Positions 13,241-24,728 of a stretch of 64,000 bases of DNA are shown piece after piece. The notes below the pieces were generated by a model. The model saw only the letters and a program-made list of their open reading frames with translations. It was not told where the DNA came from and did no database searches. Both the position numbers and the translations under genes were made by a program. The first letter of the stretch is position 1. The number at the start of each line of letters is the position of its first letter. The DNA comes from Lama glama (Eukaryota). Location of the stretch: assembly GCA_028534125.1 (NCBI GenBank), contig CM052817.1, positions 76,696,001 through 76,760,000 on the forward strand. The letters run 5' to 3'.

Positions 13241-13705
13241 TTCCACAAAGAGATGATGTTCCAGTCTTTGAGGATCTATAACAGTCCTTTTTCTAAGGGA
13301 ATTTCCCTGATCTGATATTTTTATTGTTTTGTTTTTGTTGTCATTTGTTTTAGTTTGGGTTTTAAGTTTTGGGGGCTTGGAGGTTTTGTTTTGTTTTTGC
13401 TGCAGGTTATATTGAAAGAGCTATAATCATTGATAAGGAGAGAAAAAACACTTTCTGTTTTCCAACACAGTTTTGAGGGCTCTGGTAAAGACCCCGTGTC
13501 TCCCCGGATGACTGAAGCAGGATGCCAGCCAGAAGACACTGAGTTGAACTAGCAGAGAACAAAGTAACCCCTACCACAGGGGAAATCTCATCAACAGAGA
13601 TAAATGAGCAGACAAAAATAGCACTGAGCACTGTGACAGCCCATGTGAGAATGACTCGTGCAGAACTTGAGCTTGCAAGCATCCTTCATTCACGGTCAAT
13701 GGCAT
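13241..13705 (-). pseudogene. Exon relic, AAA1 lid and AAA2 start of motor B
   Basis: FPLW*GLLCSL ~ IPLFLGLLSDL; FTRALKTVLENRKCFFSPYQ ~ LEEAIKEVC..LQPTPYF; contains a low-complexity expansion at about 13320-13400. Confidence 0.6.
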
Positions 13706-14768
13706 CTAGGTGAATGTAGGTAACTGAATGCTGTTATGATAGCTACACAGCAAGTTTATTCCTTGGTAAAAAATGGTATATAAATAAATGTTATCTTTAC
13801 CAATTTCTAAGTAAATTATCTTTTATCATGACTACAGTGCTTACAAGTAGAGGACTAGTGCCAATATGCAAAGCAAGATAGAGGTTTTCCCTAGTTTTTG
13901 AGAAAACAAAAACAAAAGTTATTGTTGAGTGTAACACTTTAATGGAGATCCTTCTTTTCTTCTAGACATAGGACTGATATAGATCTTCAAAGATTGGAAT
14001 ATCATCTCATTTTGGAAGCTAACTAACTTAAAAAGTAAAGATCTAAAATGGGTGAGTGCAAGCTCATACTATGTGTATTTCAGCTGAGAGGAAAAAAAAG
14101 TTTAAAGTAGGTGACAGCAAAATTTTCTTTCCAAATTTTGCTCCAATAAGTAAAAATAAATGTTCTTTCTGGGTTTTATTAAAAATCATACATTGTTGTA
14201 GAATTATTTTCACAAGTAAGTAGATAAAGCTGATTGCTGTCCTTCTGCTTCTCAACTATCAACTCATAAGAAAATTAAAATACTGGCTAAGCAATCAAAG
14301 CCAGGCACAATTAGGAGCCTGGTATCAACCAGCATTTTTTCTTCATCAACTTTCACATTTTAACATAATAGTCTACTTATTTACATTGTATTTATCTCTT
14401 TTAGGATTTAATCCCCTAAAAGGCAGGTTTTCTCATTTGTATTCTTCACCAGTGTTCCTAGCTCCTCAAATAGTACCTGCCTTATCAATATTTGTTGAAG
14501 GAACAGTTAAAAGAATGTCTGAGAAAATTTTGAAGACTTTCTATAAATACAGCTAGAATCATGACTGGGAGTTCTTATGTGATTTAAAGAATCTCTCTAG
14601 ATTTGTTACTTTCTGACTCAATGTTTCTAACACAGTAAAATTATTGATAATTTCAAATTGTTCCTTATAGTATTTGTTCTTACTTTGTCATCGGATAGCA
14701 TTTGTGTTACACTCCCTAGAAATTTTAAAGACAAAATAACAAATAAAACTCCTGGAAACAGTATTTAC

Positions 14769-14927
14769 TGAGATGTCTGTCTCACAATAGCCAATCTTCC
14801 TCTACACTGCAGATCTTCTGTACCTGCTAAAAAGCCAATGTCAGTATCTAGCAAAGTGCTGGATGCAGCAACATGCATCTTTCCTAAGGTTTTGAAGTCA
14901 GCCCCCTCATCTACAATGAAGCTGAAA
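14769..14927 (-). pseudogene. Exon relic, AAA1 small domain of motor B
   Basis: Fully open 52 codons; FSFIVDEGADFKTLGKMHV..IGFLAGTEDL ~ FRPVAMVVPDFQIICEIML..EGFLEARSL. Confidence 0.65.
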
Positions 14928-15140
14928 CTGTGGAGGAATCACAGAATTCATAAGTATAGGAAGAAAAGGTCACTTTCTTATCATTGTGCATACCTACGAA
15001 ATTTCATACTGCTTTAAATGTTTTTCTTCAACACATCAAAAACATATTTGTAAATAACTTGTGAGATAAATAGACTTTGATCTGAGATTAAAACCTCACA
15101 ATTTTCATGGTCTGGTTTTGTAAATTTTAAAAAGTTAGGA

Positions 15141-16390
15141 ATAAACTCAAAATGGCTTGAAACCTAAATATAAGACAAGACACCATAAACCTTCTAAAAG
15201 AAAACATAGGCAAAATATTCTGATAGAAATCTTAGCAATGTTCTCCTAAGTCAGTCTATCAAGGCAACAGAAATAAAAGCCAAAATAAACAAATGGGACC
15301 TAATGAAGCTTATAAGCTTTTGCACAGCAAAGGACACTACAAACAAAACAAAAAGACAACCTACAGAAAAGGAGAAAATATTTGCAAATGATGCAACTGA
15401 CAACGGCTTAATTTTCCAGAATACACAAACAGCTTATACAACTCAATAACAAAAAAACAAACAACCCAATCCAAAAATGGGCAGAAGACCTAAACAGACA
15501 TTTTTGTCAATGAAGAAATACAAATGGCCAATAAGCACATGAAAATAATGCTTAATATCAGACAAATGCAAATCAAAACTACAATAAGATACCACATCGC
15601 ATCACTCAGATGGCCATCATTAAAATGTCCACAAACAATGAATGCTAAAGAGGGTGTGGAAAAAAAGGAACCCTCCTACACCATTGATGGGAATGCAATT
15701 TGGTGTAGCCATGATGGAAACAATATGGACATTCCTTAAGAAACTGAAAATAGATTCATAATCCCATAATCCCACTCCCAAGCATTTATCTGGAAGAAAT
15801 TCTAATTGGAATAGATACATGCACCCCAATATTCCTAGCAGCACTGTTTACAATAGACAAGACATAGAAGCAACCTAAATGCCCGACAGATGACTGAATA
15901 AAGAATATATATACAGTGGACTACTACTCAGTCATAAAAAAGAACACATTAATGCCATGTGCAGCAACATGGATGGACCTAGAGATTGTCATACTAAGTG
16001 AAGTAAGCCAGAAAGAGAAAGAAAAATACCATATGGCATCACTTATATGTGGAATCTAAAAAAATTAAAAAGACACAAATGAACTTATTTACAAAACAGA
16101 AACAGACTCACAGACATAGAAAACAAACTTATGTTTACCAGCTGGGAAAGGTGGTAGGAAGGAATAAATTGGGAGTTTGGGTTTTGTAGATACTAACTAC
16201 CATATATAAATCAAACAACAAAATAGTACTGTATAGCATAGGGAATTATATTCAATATCTTGAATGAAAACTATATTCAAAACCTATAGTGAAAAGGAAT
16301 ATGAAAAGGAATATATACATATCTGAATCACTATGCTGTACACCAGAAACAAATGCAACAGTGTAAATCGACTATACTTCAATTTTTTTA
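15141..16390 (+). mobile_element. L1 3' end (ORF2 C-terminus and 3' UTR)
   Basis: ORF track gives MANKHMK..MQIKTTIRYH; gcaacatggatggacctagag 3' UTR motif. Confidence 0.9.
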
Positions 16391-16958
16391 CAATTAGGTA
16401 ATATAAGTTAGGTGCCATCCATTTGCTTATTTGTTTAGATTCAAGGATGGTAGATAAACAAAATAACAAAATTGTTTTAAAGATAGTTGCACTGTGAAGT
16501 ACTTTTATTTCTAAAAATTCTACATGTGTAATTATATTTAGTTCTAAACAACCTATACATAATTATACTTAAGGCAATTATTTTATTGAAAAATAAAGCC
16601 ATGATCAACCAGGAATTGTAGAGTTTTGTATAGCATGTTTCTTTTGTCGTCAAATTAAAAAGTAAATCAATGAACAATGTAATGTTAATACTAACATCTT
16701 ACATGTCAAAATTTATTGACAGGAAAATGTTTCAAATGCATATCTAATAAGCCAGGAGGCTTTATAGTCGAGGATTTTTTTTACTGTGTACACAAACAAA
16801 TATCATTTACTGTCCAACAATATGCTAACATTCACTTTCTTGTAAAATAAATCATGCAAAACACATTTTTAAATATGATCCCTAATAGCAAAGTTTGACA
16901 AGGTGCTTGTTTTTAATCTTTCATGGGAGGTTTAAGTCCAAGTAGAAATGTTATTTAC

Positions 16959-17235
16959 ATTCAGCAGTGCAATCGATTCTATCACATTCCATTTTTCTGG
17001 AAATTGTTTCATTGAAATGTACTAGTATAAATGGGTTTCATTAAATATCTTATAAGCCTCTTGGCAGTATTAGAATATAATAATAGTTTTAAAATGTTTA
17101 AAAGCTGAGTCTATATAACATAAAGTAAAATATTTGCAATTATGGTGAAATCTTACAGAGTTAGACACTTCATTTACATTTTCTAATAATTTAAACTCAT
17201 TCCCATGATGTCTTCTTTCTTTTGGCTTTTGACCA
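16959..17235 (-). pseudogene. Exon relic, AAA1 of motor B
   Basis: FKLLENVNEVSNSV..IDSAFKHFKTIIIF..YISMK ~ CFDEFNRIELEV..IQNAI..KTFIF..FITMN. Confidence 0.55.
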
Positions 17236-17524
17236 TAGTTTAATGGGAAAAAAAAATACATTTTAAAGCAGAGGCAATTTACACATATAGAATTCCTGAC
17301 ATTGTATTATGACTACAAATTCCTGACTATGGAATTGTTAATGCAGTTATTTTAGCTCATCTGAAAAGCTAATTCAGATCACTATTATTAAAGAAGTTAA
17401 GTTAGAGGCTCTCATATACAAAGTTAACACCTACTTTAGTAATTGAGAATTTCAACTGAACAGTTCTTAACATTTCAAGAGATCTAAAACTCATGGCACA
17501 TGCCCATGCATTAAAGTATTTGCT

Positions 17525-17970
17525 TGAGATTTATAGGTACTACTATATACAAAATAGATAAATAACAAGTTTATACTATGTAGCACAGGGAACTATATTC
17601 AATATCTTGCAGTAACCTATAATGAAAAAGAATATGAAAATGAATATATGTATGTATATGTATGACTGAACTATTATGCTGTACACCAGAAATTGCCACA
17701 ATACTGTACACTGACTATACTTCAATAGAAAGAGAGAAAGAGAGAAAGAAAGAGAAAGAAAGAAAGAAAGAAAGAAAGGAAGGAAGGAAGGAAGGAAGGA
17801 AGAAAGGAAGAAAAAGAAAGAAGGAAAGAAAGAAAAAGAAAGAAGGAAAGAAAGAAAAAAAGTTTGTTATTATTTCCATGACTTATGGAAGAATTAATAC
17901 TGAGATTCTGGGACATTGTGCTATACACCAGAAACTGACACATTGTAATTGATGGTACTTCAATTTAAAA
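17525..17970 (+). mobile_element. L1 3' UTR fragments
   Basis: tagcacagggaactatattcaatatcttg..ctatacttcaata, plus a second tail. Confidence 0.75.
17726..17861. repeat. (GAAA)n/(GGAA)n purine microsatellite
   Basis: Seen directly. Confidence 0.95.
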
Positions 17971-18039
17971 ACAACACCGAGATTGTTTAGTATTCAAAGA
18001 ATTTATATTCTAGAGTTAAAATAAGACTCATATGTTGCG

Positions 18040-18495
18040 TTACATTAGGTTCTTATTGTTGCTATAACAAATTATTACAAACTTAGTGGCTTAACACCAC
18101 CATAAATGTATTTTCTTACAGTTCTGTAGGCCAGAAGTTCAAAATGAGTCTCTCAGAGCTGCCATCAAGGTGCGAGTAGGGCTGGTTCCTGCCAGAGGGT
18201 CTACGGGAGAATCTGTTCCTTCTTTTTCCAGCTCCCTTAGCTCCCAGCCCCCTTTCATCATTACAGTCAGCAATTTCATCACTCAGACCTCTGCATCCAC
18301 AGCTTCTCTGACTTTCGTGCCTCCTTCTTTCCCTTAAAAGGAGCCTGGTGATGACACTGGGCCCACTCAGATAATCCAGGATAACCTCCCCATCTCGATG
18401 CTTAATTTAATCACACCCGAAAAGTGCTTTCACCATATAAGGTAACATAGTTCCAAATTCCCCAAGAGCTGGGGCATGGAACCATTATTCCAACT
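18040..18495. mobile_element. MaLR LTR (MLT1-type)
   Basis: gctataacaaattattacaaacttagtggcttaa..gggcccactcagataatccaggataacctcc. Confidence 0.8.
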
Positions 18496-18578
18496 ACAAA
18501 TACACAAAAGGGAATTTTGTTTTAATTTTTGCCAGCAGCTTTTAAAAAAGGCTTAGTCCTTTAAATTATATTATTAAC

Positions 18579-18923
18579 CATATGGTCATATTTTATTTGC
18601 CATCCTATCTTGATTGACTCTATATAATTTTTTCACAGTTTCCTTCTGATCATTTCAGTGAATATGATACTGTGAATATTATCATCCAATCGACAGCAGA
18701 GCTAATAGCTATTCTGAATGGATATATGATTTCTAAAATATTCTTAACTATTTGTGTACACCATTTTCATTAGGTTTTTATAGTAGTTTATCATTTCTGG
18801 TGAATCTTTCTCAAGAGAATAAGCCTGAATAATTCAGCAGAGATTTTTCCTTATCATTTGCAGCCAAATCATAGACTTAACCTCCACCTCAGATACCCCC
18901 TTCCTGTCATGTGTGCCATGTCT
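18579..18923 (-). pseudogene. Exon relic, linker end and AAA1 start of motor B
   Basis: KGVSEVEVKSMIWLQMIR..YTNS*EYFRN ~ KGVSSVNDFEWLSQLR..FEYGYEYLGN; QKETVKKL ~ GKTETVKDL. Confidence 0.7.
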
Positions 18924-19037
18924 CTAATGGCATAAAAGAAGTTGTGTTACTGTTAATCATTAAAATCTCACAAAAAAAATTCAGGTTGGTTTAGTGAGCA
19001 ATTCTGTACATTGGGTAGTGATTCTTAAAGACTTTAC

Positions 19038-19133
19038 CGAAAAAGGAAATGTAGGATCTGGAGATGCTTTCTCCAGCATGGTCACATGGTAATATAATGA
19101 ACATTTTCTCACCAGAACTGCAAAGAAGAAACT
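19038..19133 (-). pseudogene. 96-nt exon relic at the end of motor A C-terminal domain / inter-motor junction
   Basis: ttttcttttag acceptor, gtaaag donor; MFIILPCDH ~ VFTVDLPTDK; no stop in two frames. Confidence 0.55.
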
Positions 19134-19455
19134 CTAAAAGAAAACCCAGTTTATTATTTCTTAAGGAGGGAAAAGAAAGTGAAATGGTTTATCACTAAGC
19201 ACAGTCTTTGTAGGCAAGCCATTTAAAAGGTAGTAAGAATTTTACTGCTGTCCTTGTAAGAAATGGAATGTGCTTCCCCTTTCACTCCCTTGACTCTAGT
19301 TCAAACATTACACATGGAAGAATTTGCAAATGACTGGCTATAAAGTTAGCTTTTTATTGCTCTTCATGGTTTGCTGGTTGGAAGACAGTAGAAGATGCTG
19401 CATATAAATACCATTGTCTTTATTAGGGAGGAAAAAGACTAGATAAGAAGCAGTC

Positions 19456-19559
19456 AGGACGGTGGGATATAGCTCTGTGGTACAGCGTACGCTTATCATG
19501 CACGAGGCCCTGGGTTCAATCCTCAGTACCTCCGTTAAAAAAAAAAAAAGAAGAGGAAA
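19456..19559 (+). mobile_element. tRNA-derived SINE (camelid Vic-1-like)
   Basis: A box tagctctgtgg, B box ggttcaatcc, A-rich tail, 11-bp TSD aagaagcagtc. Confidence 0.85.
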
Positions 19560-19778
19560 AAGAAGCAGTCCTTCTACTTATTATTTATGTAAAGACTATT
19601 TGAGTTATTTGGATTTCTACAATTCACATTGCTGAGGCTAAACTTGGGCCTGTGGCCAAAAAATAAGAAAAAAAAAATTTAAGTATCCAGAATAAAACTG
19701 AGAATCTATACAGATCCTTCCCAAAATTACACTGTCCTACCACCCAAATCATTATCTGTAAGGGGGATAAAACTACAC

Positions 19779-20101
19779 CTAGTTGAACATCAGCAGTTCC
19801 TATGAAAGAAAATTTGATTTTTCTATTGGCAACAAGTTCAAAATCGACTGTCCCTCAGATGAGACTGCCAAAATATTTAAAAACTTGAGCTTTATTTCAT
19901 TAATAGAAATGTTATGCAGCACAACTGATATGTATATGATAGAATGCAAAATAATAATTGAACAAATCACAATACTCTATACAGGTCATGCCATTTCTGG
20001 AGTATTATACTTAAAACTGGACATCTCTCTTAATCCAGAGAGTATAAATAAGAGGATGAAGCTTTAGTTAAAAACTCTGATGGGTTCAGAGTGCCTAATC
20101 C
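19779..20101 (-). pseudogene. Exon relic, C-terminal domain of motor A
   Basis: Poly-T acceptor; GLGTLNPSEFLT ~ WLSGLFNPQSFLT; IYIS..ILNLLPIEK ~ VYISG..VIHLKPVEK. Confidence 0.7.
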
Positions 20102-20289
20102 CTAAAAAAAAAAAAAAAAGTAACAAAGTTTCAACATTGCCCCTATGGGGGGTAAGTTTCTGTTCAGAACAATATTTAAACAATTACTTATTCACATGGG
20201 CTACCTGGTAAGAAATAAACATAGCTGTATTACATTGTGTTTTAACACCAAGTGTTTTCTTCAACTTCTAGGACTTTGCTAAATGAGAG

Positions 20290-20445
20290 GCAAAGCAGTG
20301 ATTGCCACCATGTGATAGATAAGAAAATTGAGCTAAGAGGGACTAAGCAATTTGTTATAAGATCATACAGCAAATGGGAAGGCCACATCTCAAGTATTGA
20401 TATCCTTATTCCAAGTCCTGTGTTCTGAACACTAGACACAGCAGC
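20290..20445 (-). mobile_element. MIR SINE
   Basis: gatagataagaaaattgagctaagag core. Confidence 0.55.
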
Positions 20446-20559
20446 CTCTAGTGAGCGTGATGACGTTATTGTATGAGTTACATGATGACAATACATGTAA
20501 GAGCACAGCGTAATCTGGGACAGGGTAGTACAGGAGAGTAACACAGACACTGGACACAG

Positions 20560-20770
20560 ATGACCACAATTTTACTCCCTTCCCTACCGATTACAAGCTG
20601 TTTCATCATTTGTGAGATGCTGTCAATACCACCTACTTTACATGGTGTTTGGCGGAGTAAATGAGTTACTATGTTACAAAATACATTGCTGTAAAAACTC
20701 TATCCATGTCAATGAATATAAAAATCTCTTACCGTCTGGCACATGGAAGGCACTCAAATGTTGGCTGCAC
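20560..20770 (+). mobile_element. MIR SINE
   Basis: 3' end ctggcacatggaaggcactcaaatgttggct. Confidence 0.6.
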
Positions 20771-21006
20771 TAGTTATCCCACGTGGGAAGTGTTAGTTCA
20801 GATGATGAATTAATGTATTTGTCATGTTGTAGAAGATATGCTAGAAATGTAGGGAGTGAGAGAAGGGGAGGGGAGGTGAATGTGAATAAGCAAACTCCTG
20901 AGTTCCTTTGTAAAATCCTGTGAATCACTGCTTTGTAGAGAGTCATATGGAACTCTCTCTCAAACCAAATATGTTCTTTTTCCATAAATTCACACTCCAT
21001 ATGTGT
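20770..21006 (-). pseudogene. Exon relic, C-terminal domain of motor A
   Basis: 76-aa ORF; IWFEREF..YINSSSELTLPTW ~ RFFEREV..LINELVKGILPRSW; cut by a MIR. Confidence 0.65.
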
Positions 21007-21135
21007 CTAATCTGTGCCTACCGTATAATTAACTGAGTAGCTAAATTTGCATGCTAGCATAGGCCTCAGTAGACAAGAAGCTAGTCATAGCTATAATTAT
21101 ATATTCATGATTTCCTGTTGTAGAAATTTCAATAC

Positions 21136-21210
21136 CCACTAGTTTACAGGAATTTGTATAAATCTTATTTTCTTGAGTGTGGATAATGTGACCTCATGAC
21201 AAAGATTTTC
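21136..21210 (-). pseudogene. Small exon relic, C-terminal domain start of motor A
   Basis: attttag acceptor, gtattg donor, 75 nt. Confidence 0.4.
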
Positions 21211-21346
21211 CTAAAATAGTCAGTTTTGTATTTAATATCATTTCCAAGTTTGCAGATTATGCATTCTACACTGGTAAAGATCAATTTTCCATATTTGCTT
21301 TGATGTTTATAAGGAATGAAATTTACAGGAAAAGAACTGAGTTTAC

Positions 21347-21701
21347 ATATTTCACTAGTACAATCTAAACCAAGATGAATTAGATGTATTTCTTTCCTTG
21401 AGGCATTGGAGCAAAAGCAGATGATAATTTAGTCACAGTACATCTCTAGAGGAAATTACAATTTGTAAATATGTCATGATCTGAGAAAAGGTGGATCCAC
21501 TATACATATTTTACAGCTATAATACTGTCTTATGTGTGCACAAATTTATGAGCTGGATACACTGTATTCTCTGCTGGATTCATGGTCTTATCTGTTATAA
21601 TTTATTCCTTTCACTATGAACTAGAGAATGATTACACTAGGCCAAGGGAATATAACCATCTATTAAGAACTAACTCCAATAACCCATTACGATGTTGGTA
21701 C
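21347..21701 (-). pseudogene. Exon relic, AAA6 lid of motor A
   Basis: FPWPSVIIL*FIVKGINY ~ IPWEALRYLIGEINY; LGLDCTSEI ~ FGLHPNAEI, both in one frame; gtaaac donor. Confidence 0.75.
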
Positions 21702-21989
21702 CTTGAACAGTAAGTTAGAAATTTTTCAAATTGTTTTATTATTTTGTCAAAAAAGGGAAATTAATATCTAAGTTAATGCAGAAGACAAAGATGTCTATAA
21801 ATTATTGACAATGGAAGATCCCTATATAAATTCTACAAATCTATATTATGTATGGGGGAATGTTTTTCATTTCCAATTTTTTTTCTTTGTTTAATGGCTG
21901 ATCAGAACATGGTAGTTTTCTTGTTCCCTTATTTTTATTTTTATTCTCAGTTTTCTACTGCTTGTAACTCTGTTGATTTGTTACATACA

Positions 21990-22340
21990 TGTATTCTTTT
22001 TTAACAAATGTACTGAGGTATAATTTATATACAATAAACCAGACACTTTTAAATATTTAAAGTTTGGTAAATGTGATTAATATACATTCTTTTAAACTTA
22101 CCACCAAATTCAAGATATTTTGGAAATTTTCCCAGAAGTTCTTTCTTCCCTTTGCTATCCATCTCTCATATCACCCAGCCCCAGATAACAACTGATTTAC
22201 TTTGTAATTCTAGATCAATTTCCATTTTTGAGAATTCTATGTAAACTCTTTTAACCTGGTGTGTTTCACTCAGCATGATTTTAAGATCCAGCCACAGAGT
22301 GATCATTTCCAGTACAGGACATAAATACTGCTGAGCAATC
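21990..22340 (-). mobile_element. Old L1M 3' fragment
   Basis: tgaggtataatttatatacaataaa..tttcactcagcatg. Confidence 0.6.
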
Positions 22341-22379
22341 AAGACCTTCTCTGTACTTCTATTTAGACACTGGCCAAGC

Positions 22380-22580
22380 AGAGTATAGTGGAGTAGTAAA
22401 AAGCATCAATTCTAATGTCAGACTTTTTGGATTGTGAACCTGGGCCCACCACTGTGGAGCTGTGTGACCTTGAGAAAGTTAGACTTCTCTGTGTTCCAGT
22501 TTCCTCATATCCAAAGTTGAGATGTGTTTGCCTCATAAGGGTTGTTATGAGTATCAAATGATTTAAGACATATAATGATA
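22380..22580 (+). mobile_element. MIR SINE
   Basis: gctgtgtgaccttgagaaagttagacttctctgtgttccagtttcctcat. Confidence 0.85.
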
Positions 22581-22619
22581 TATTACTCATTTATATATAT
22601 AATTATATTTACTTACATG

Positions 22620-22870
22620 TAGCCACTGGGAGGATCTGCATCTGTGGCTTTAGGCATCCATCTTCTTAACCATGTAGATGGAGACTTCCTGTAGAATGAA
22701 ACCAAAACAAAGATAGAATGAAAGTTAAAAGGTGGTCCCAATATCATTGCTTGAGCCCCTGGATCCAGCTATGTCTGAATTCATACATGGACTCTGCTGT
22801 TTAGTAAGCCAATAAATTCCCTTCATTTTTGCGTAAGTTAAATATTAAGCTTGCATTTGAAAGAATCTTG
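22620..22870. mobile_element. MaLR LTR fragment (MLT1J-like)
   Basis: ttgagcccctggatccagctatgtctgaa..gccaataaattccc. Confidence 0.6.
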
Positions 22871-23049
22871 AGAAATACAATAGGTAAAGCTGATAGCAAT
22901 GAGCTTACCACATAGTAAGTTGCCAGGCATGGGGCTCATGCTGTTCCTAGTTACACTAGTACATGTAATTTCGATGAAGAGGAAACTGAAGATGATAATA
23001 AACTTTAAATGATGCGTAAGTGGTCATCTTAATGCCCAAGTAAGTGAGT

Positions 23050-23416
23050 TAGAAGGTATGAACTGATATTGAATTCTCATTTATTGGATCATTGCCTAGG
23101 AAGATTGAACCTCTGTTCAAAACAGAAATGGTAGTTCCAGGTGAATTGAGACCTGGGTCAATTGCCCTGAGAAAAGAAATTATCACAGGAAAATAATGCC
23201 TTTTAAAACATGTACCAAAAGGGGTAGGGGTATCAGTGAGTGCATGTTGGTGCTAGGAAATTGCAGAGATCTTTACTACCTTTAAAATTTTGCCTGGAAG
23301 AAATATGGAGTGTTATCTCACCACTGCAAAACTCTCTAATAAATTCTACTGAACCAACTCCCTATCCAGCTACTTCCCATCAACCACATTTTAGCTTTAT
23401 ACCAAAATATTCCTAG
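23050..23416 (-). pseudogene. Exon relic, AAA6 core of motor A
   Basis: 60 open codons; GSSWIGVGSVEF..KDLCNFL..YPYPFWYMF*KAL ~ GNWVLLQNCHL..PDFRLFL..FPISILQNSI; ends at a MIR. Confidence 0.55.
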
Positions 23417-23949
23417 CTATTTATGCATGAAAGAAATTAAGTTGAATACTAATAGCTTAAGTTTACAGTACATTTTTTGTTTATTATTATTTATGCTCAT
23501 ACAAATTATAAGTTGCTATGAAAGACATAACTATTTTCCCTTAGAAATTGTGTATGAATATGTATACCATGTACGGGAGTGTATATATAAACACATATAC
23601 TCACATAGCAAATAATTCTTTTAGCAAATAATTTTCTGATATATTCTTTTTTATTTAGTTTTCCCAAATTTTAATAAATTTACTTTTCAATTATAAAGGC
23701 AGTAAAGAAAATTTTTCAAAGTCTAGATGCAGTAATCTCATATCCCACTATTGCAACTATTTTTCATTTTTACATACTCCCTTATAGCATTTGTGTGTGT
23801 GTGTTTTATATGGTTACCATTATGCTAAATCCAAATTTTATGGTCGACTTCCTTCACATAATGTTAGAATACTGTTCTTGTTTCTACATGGACTTCATAT
23901 GTCTCATTTTTATTTATTTTTTTTAATATTCATTCATTTGTTTTATTTT

Positions 23950-24728
23950 TTAGGTTGCATATGTAAGTAATAACATACAGTATTTGTCACTCTCCGACTT
24001 ATGTCACTAAGCACAATCCCCTCTAGGTCCATCCATTTTGTCACAAATGGCAAAATTTCATTCTTTTTTATGGCTGAGTCATATTCCATTGTGTATTTAT
24101 ATACAGCACATCTTCTTTATCCAGTCATCTGTTCATGGGACACTTAGGTTGCTTCCATAAATTAACTATTGTAAATAATGCTGCTATGAACACTAGGATG
24201 CATGTATCTTTTCAAATTAGTGTTTTTGTTTTCTTCAGACATATGGCCAGGAGTGGGATTGCTGGATCATATGGTAGCTCTATGTTAGGTTTTTTGAGGA
24301 ATCTCTATACTGTTTTCCATAGTAGCCACATCAGCTTACATTCCCACCCACAGTGTTTGAGGGCTCTCTTTTCTCCACATTCTCATCAACATTTGTTATT
24401 TGTGTTTTTCTGATGATAGCTATTCTGACAGGTGTGAGGTGATATCTCATTGAAGTTTTGACTTGCATTTCTCTGATAATAAATGATGTTGAGCATCTTT
24501 TCATGTGTCTGTTGGGCATCTGTATGTCTTCTCTGGAAAAATGTCTATTCAAGTCTTCTACCCATTTTTTATTTATTTATTTATTTTCATTTTTATTGAT
24601 TCATAATCATTTTACAGTGTTGTGTCAAATTCCAGTGTTCAGCACAATTTTTCAGTCATTCATGGACATATACACACTCATTGTCACATTTTTTTCTCTG
24701 TGATTTATCATAACATTTTGTGTATATT
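23950..24728 (-). mobile_element. L1 3' end with a younger L1 tail nested at about 24566-24728
   Basis: Antisense ORF2 C-terminus ([12 protein letters not shown]..); the nested tail matches the element at 60047-60171. Confidence 0.9.

Noticed and set aside
13400..13705. Reading this exon as the final dynein C-terminal exon
   Set aside because: That reading needs a frameshift. The single-frame AAA1-lid reading fits the flanking AAA1 and AAA2 exons, and Dynein_C motifs fit better at 19-21 kb.
13406..13720. Plus-strand exon-like segment (tgcag acceptor, gtaact donor)
   Set aside because: Multiple stops in the frames I read; the minus strand fits the dynein AAA1 lid in colinear position.
17662..17952. 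K/E/R-rich 96-aa ORF
   Set aside because: Translation of a purine microsatellite.
19456..19535. Possible tRNA gene
   Set aside because: Poly(A) tail and TSD show that it is a SINE.
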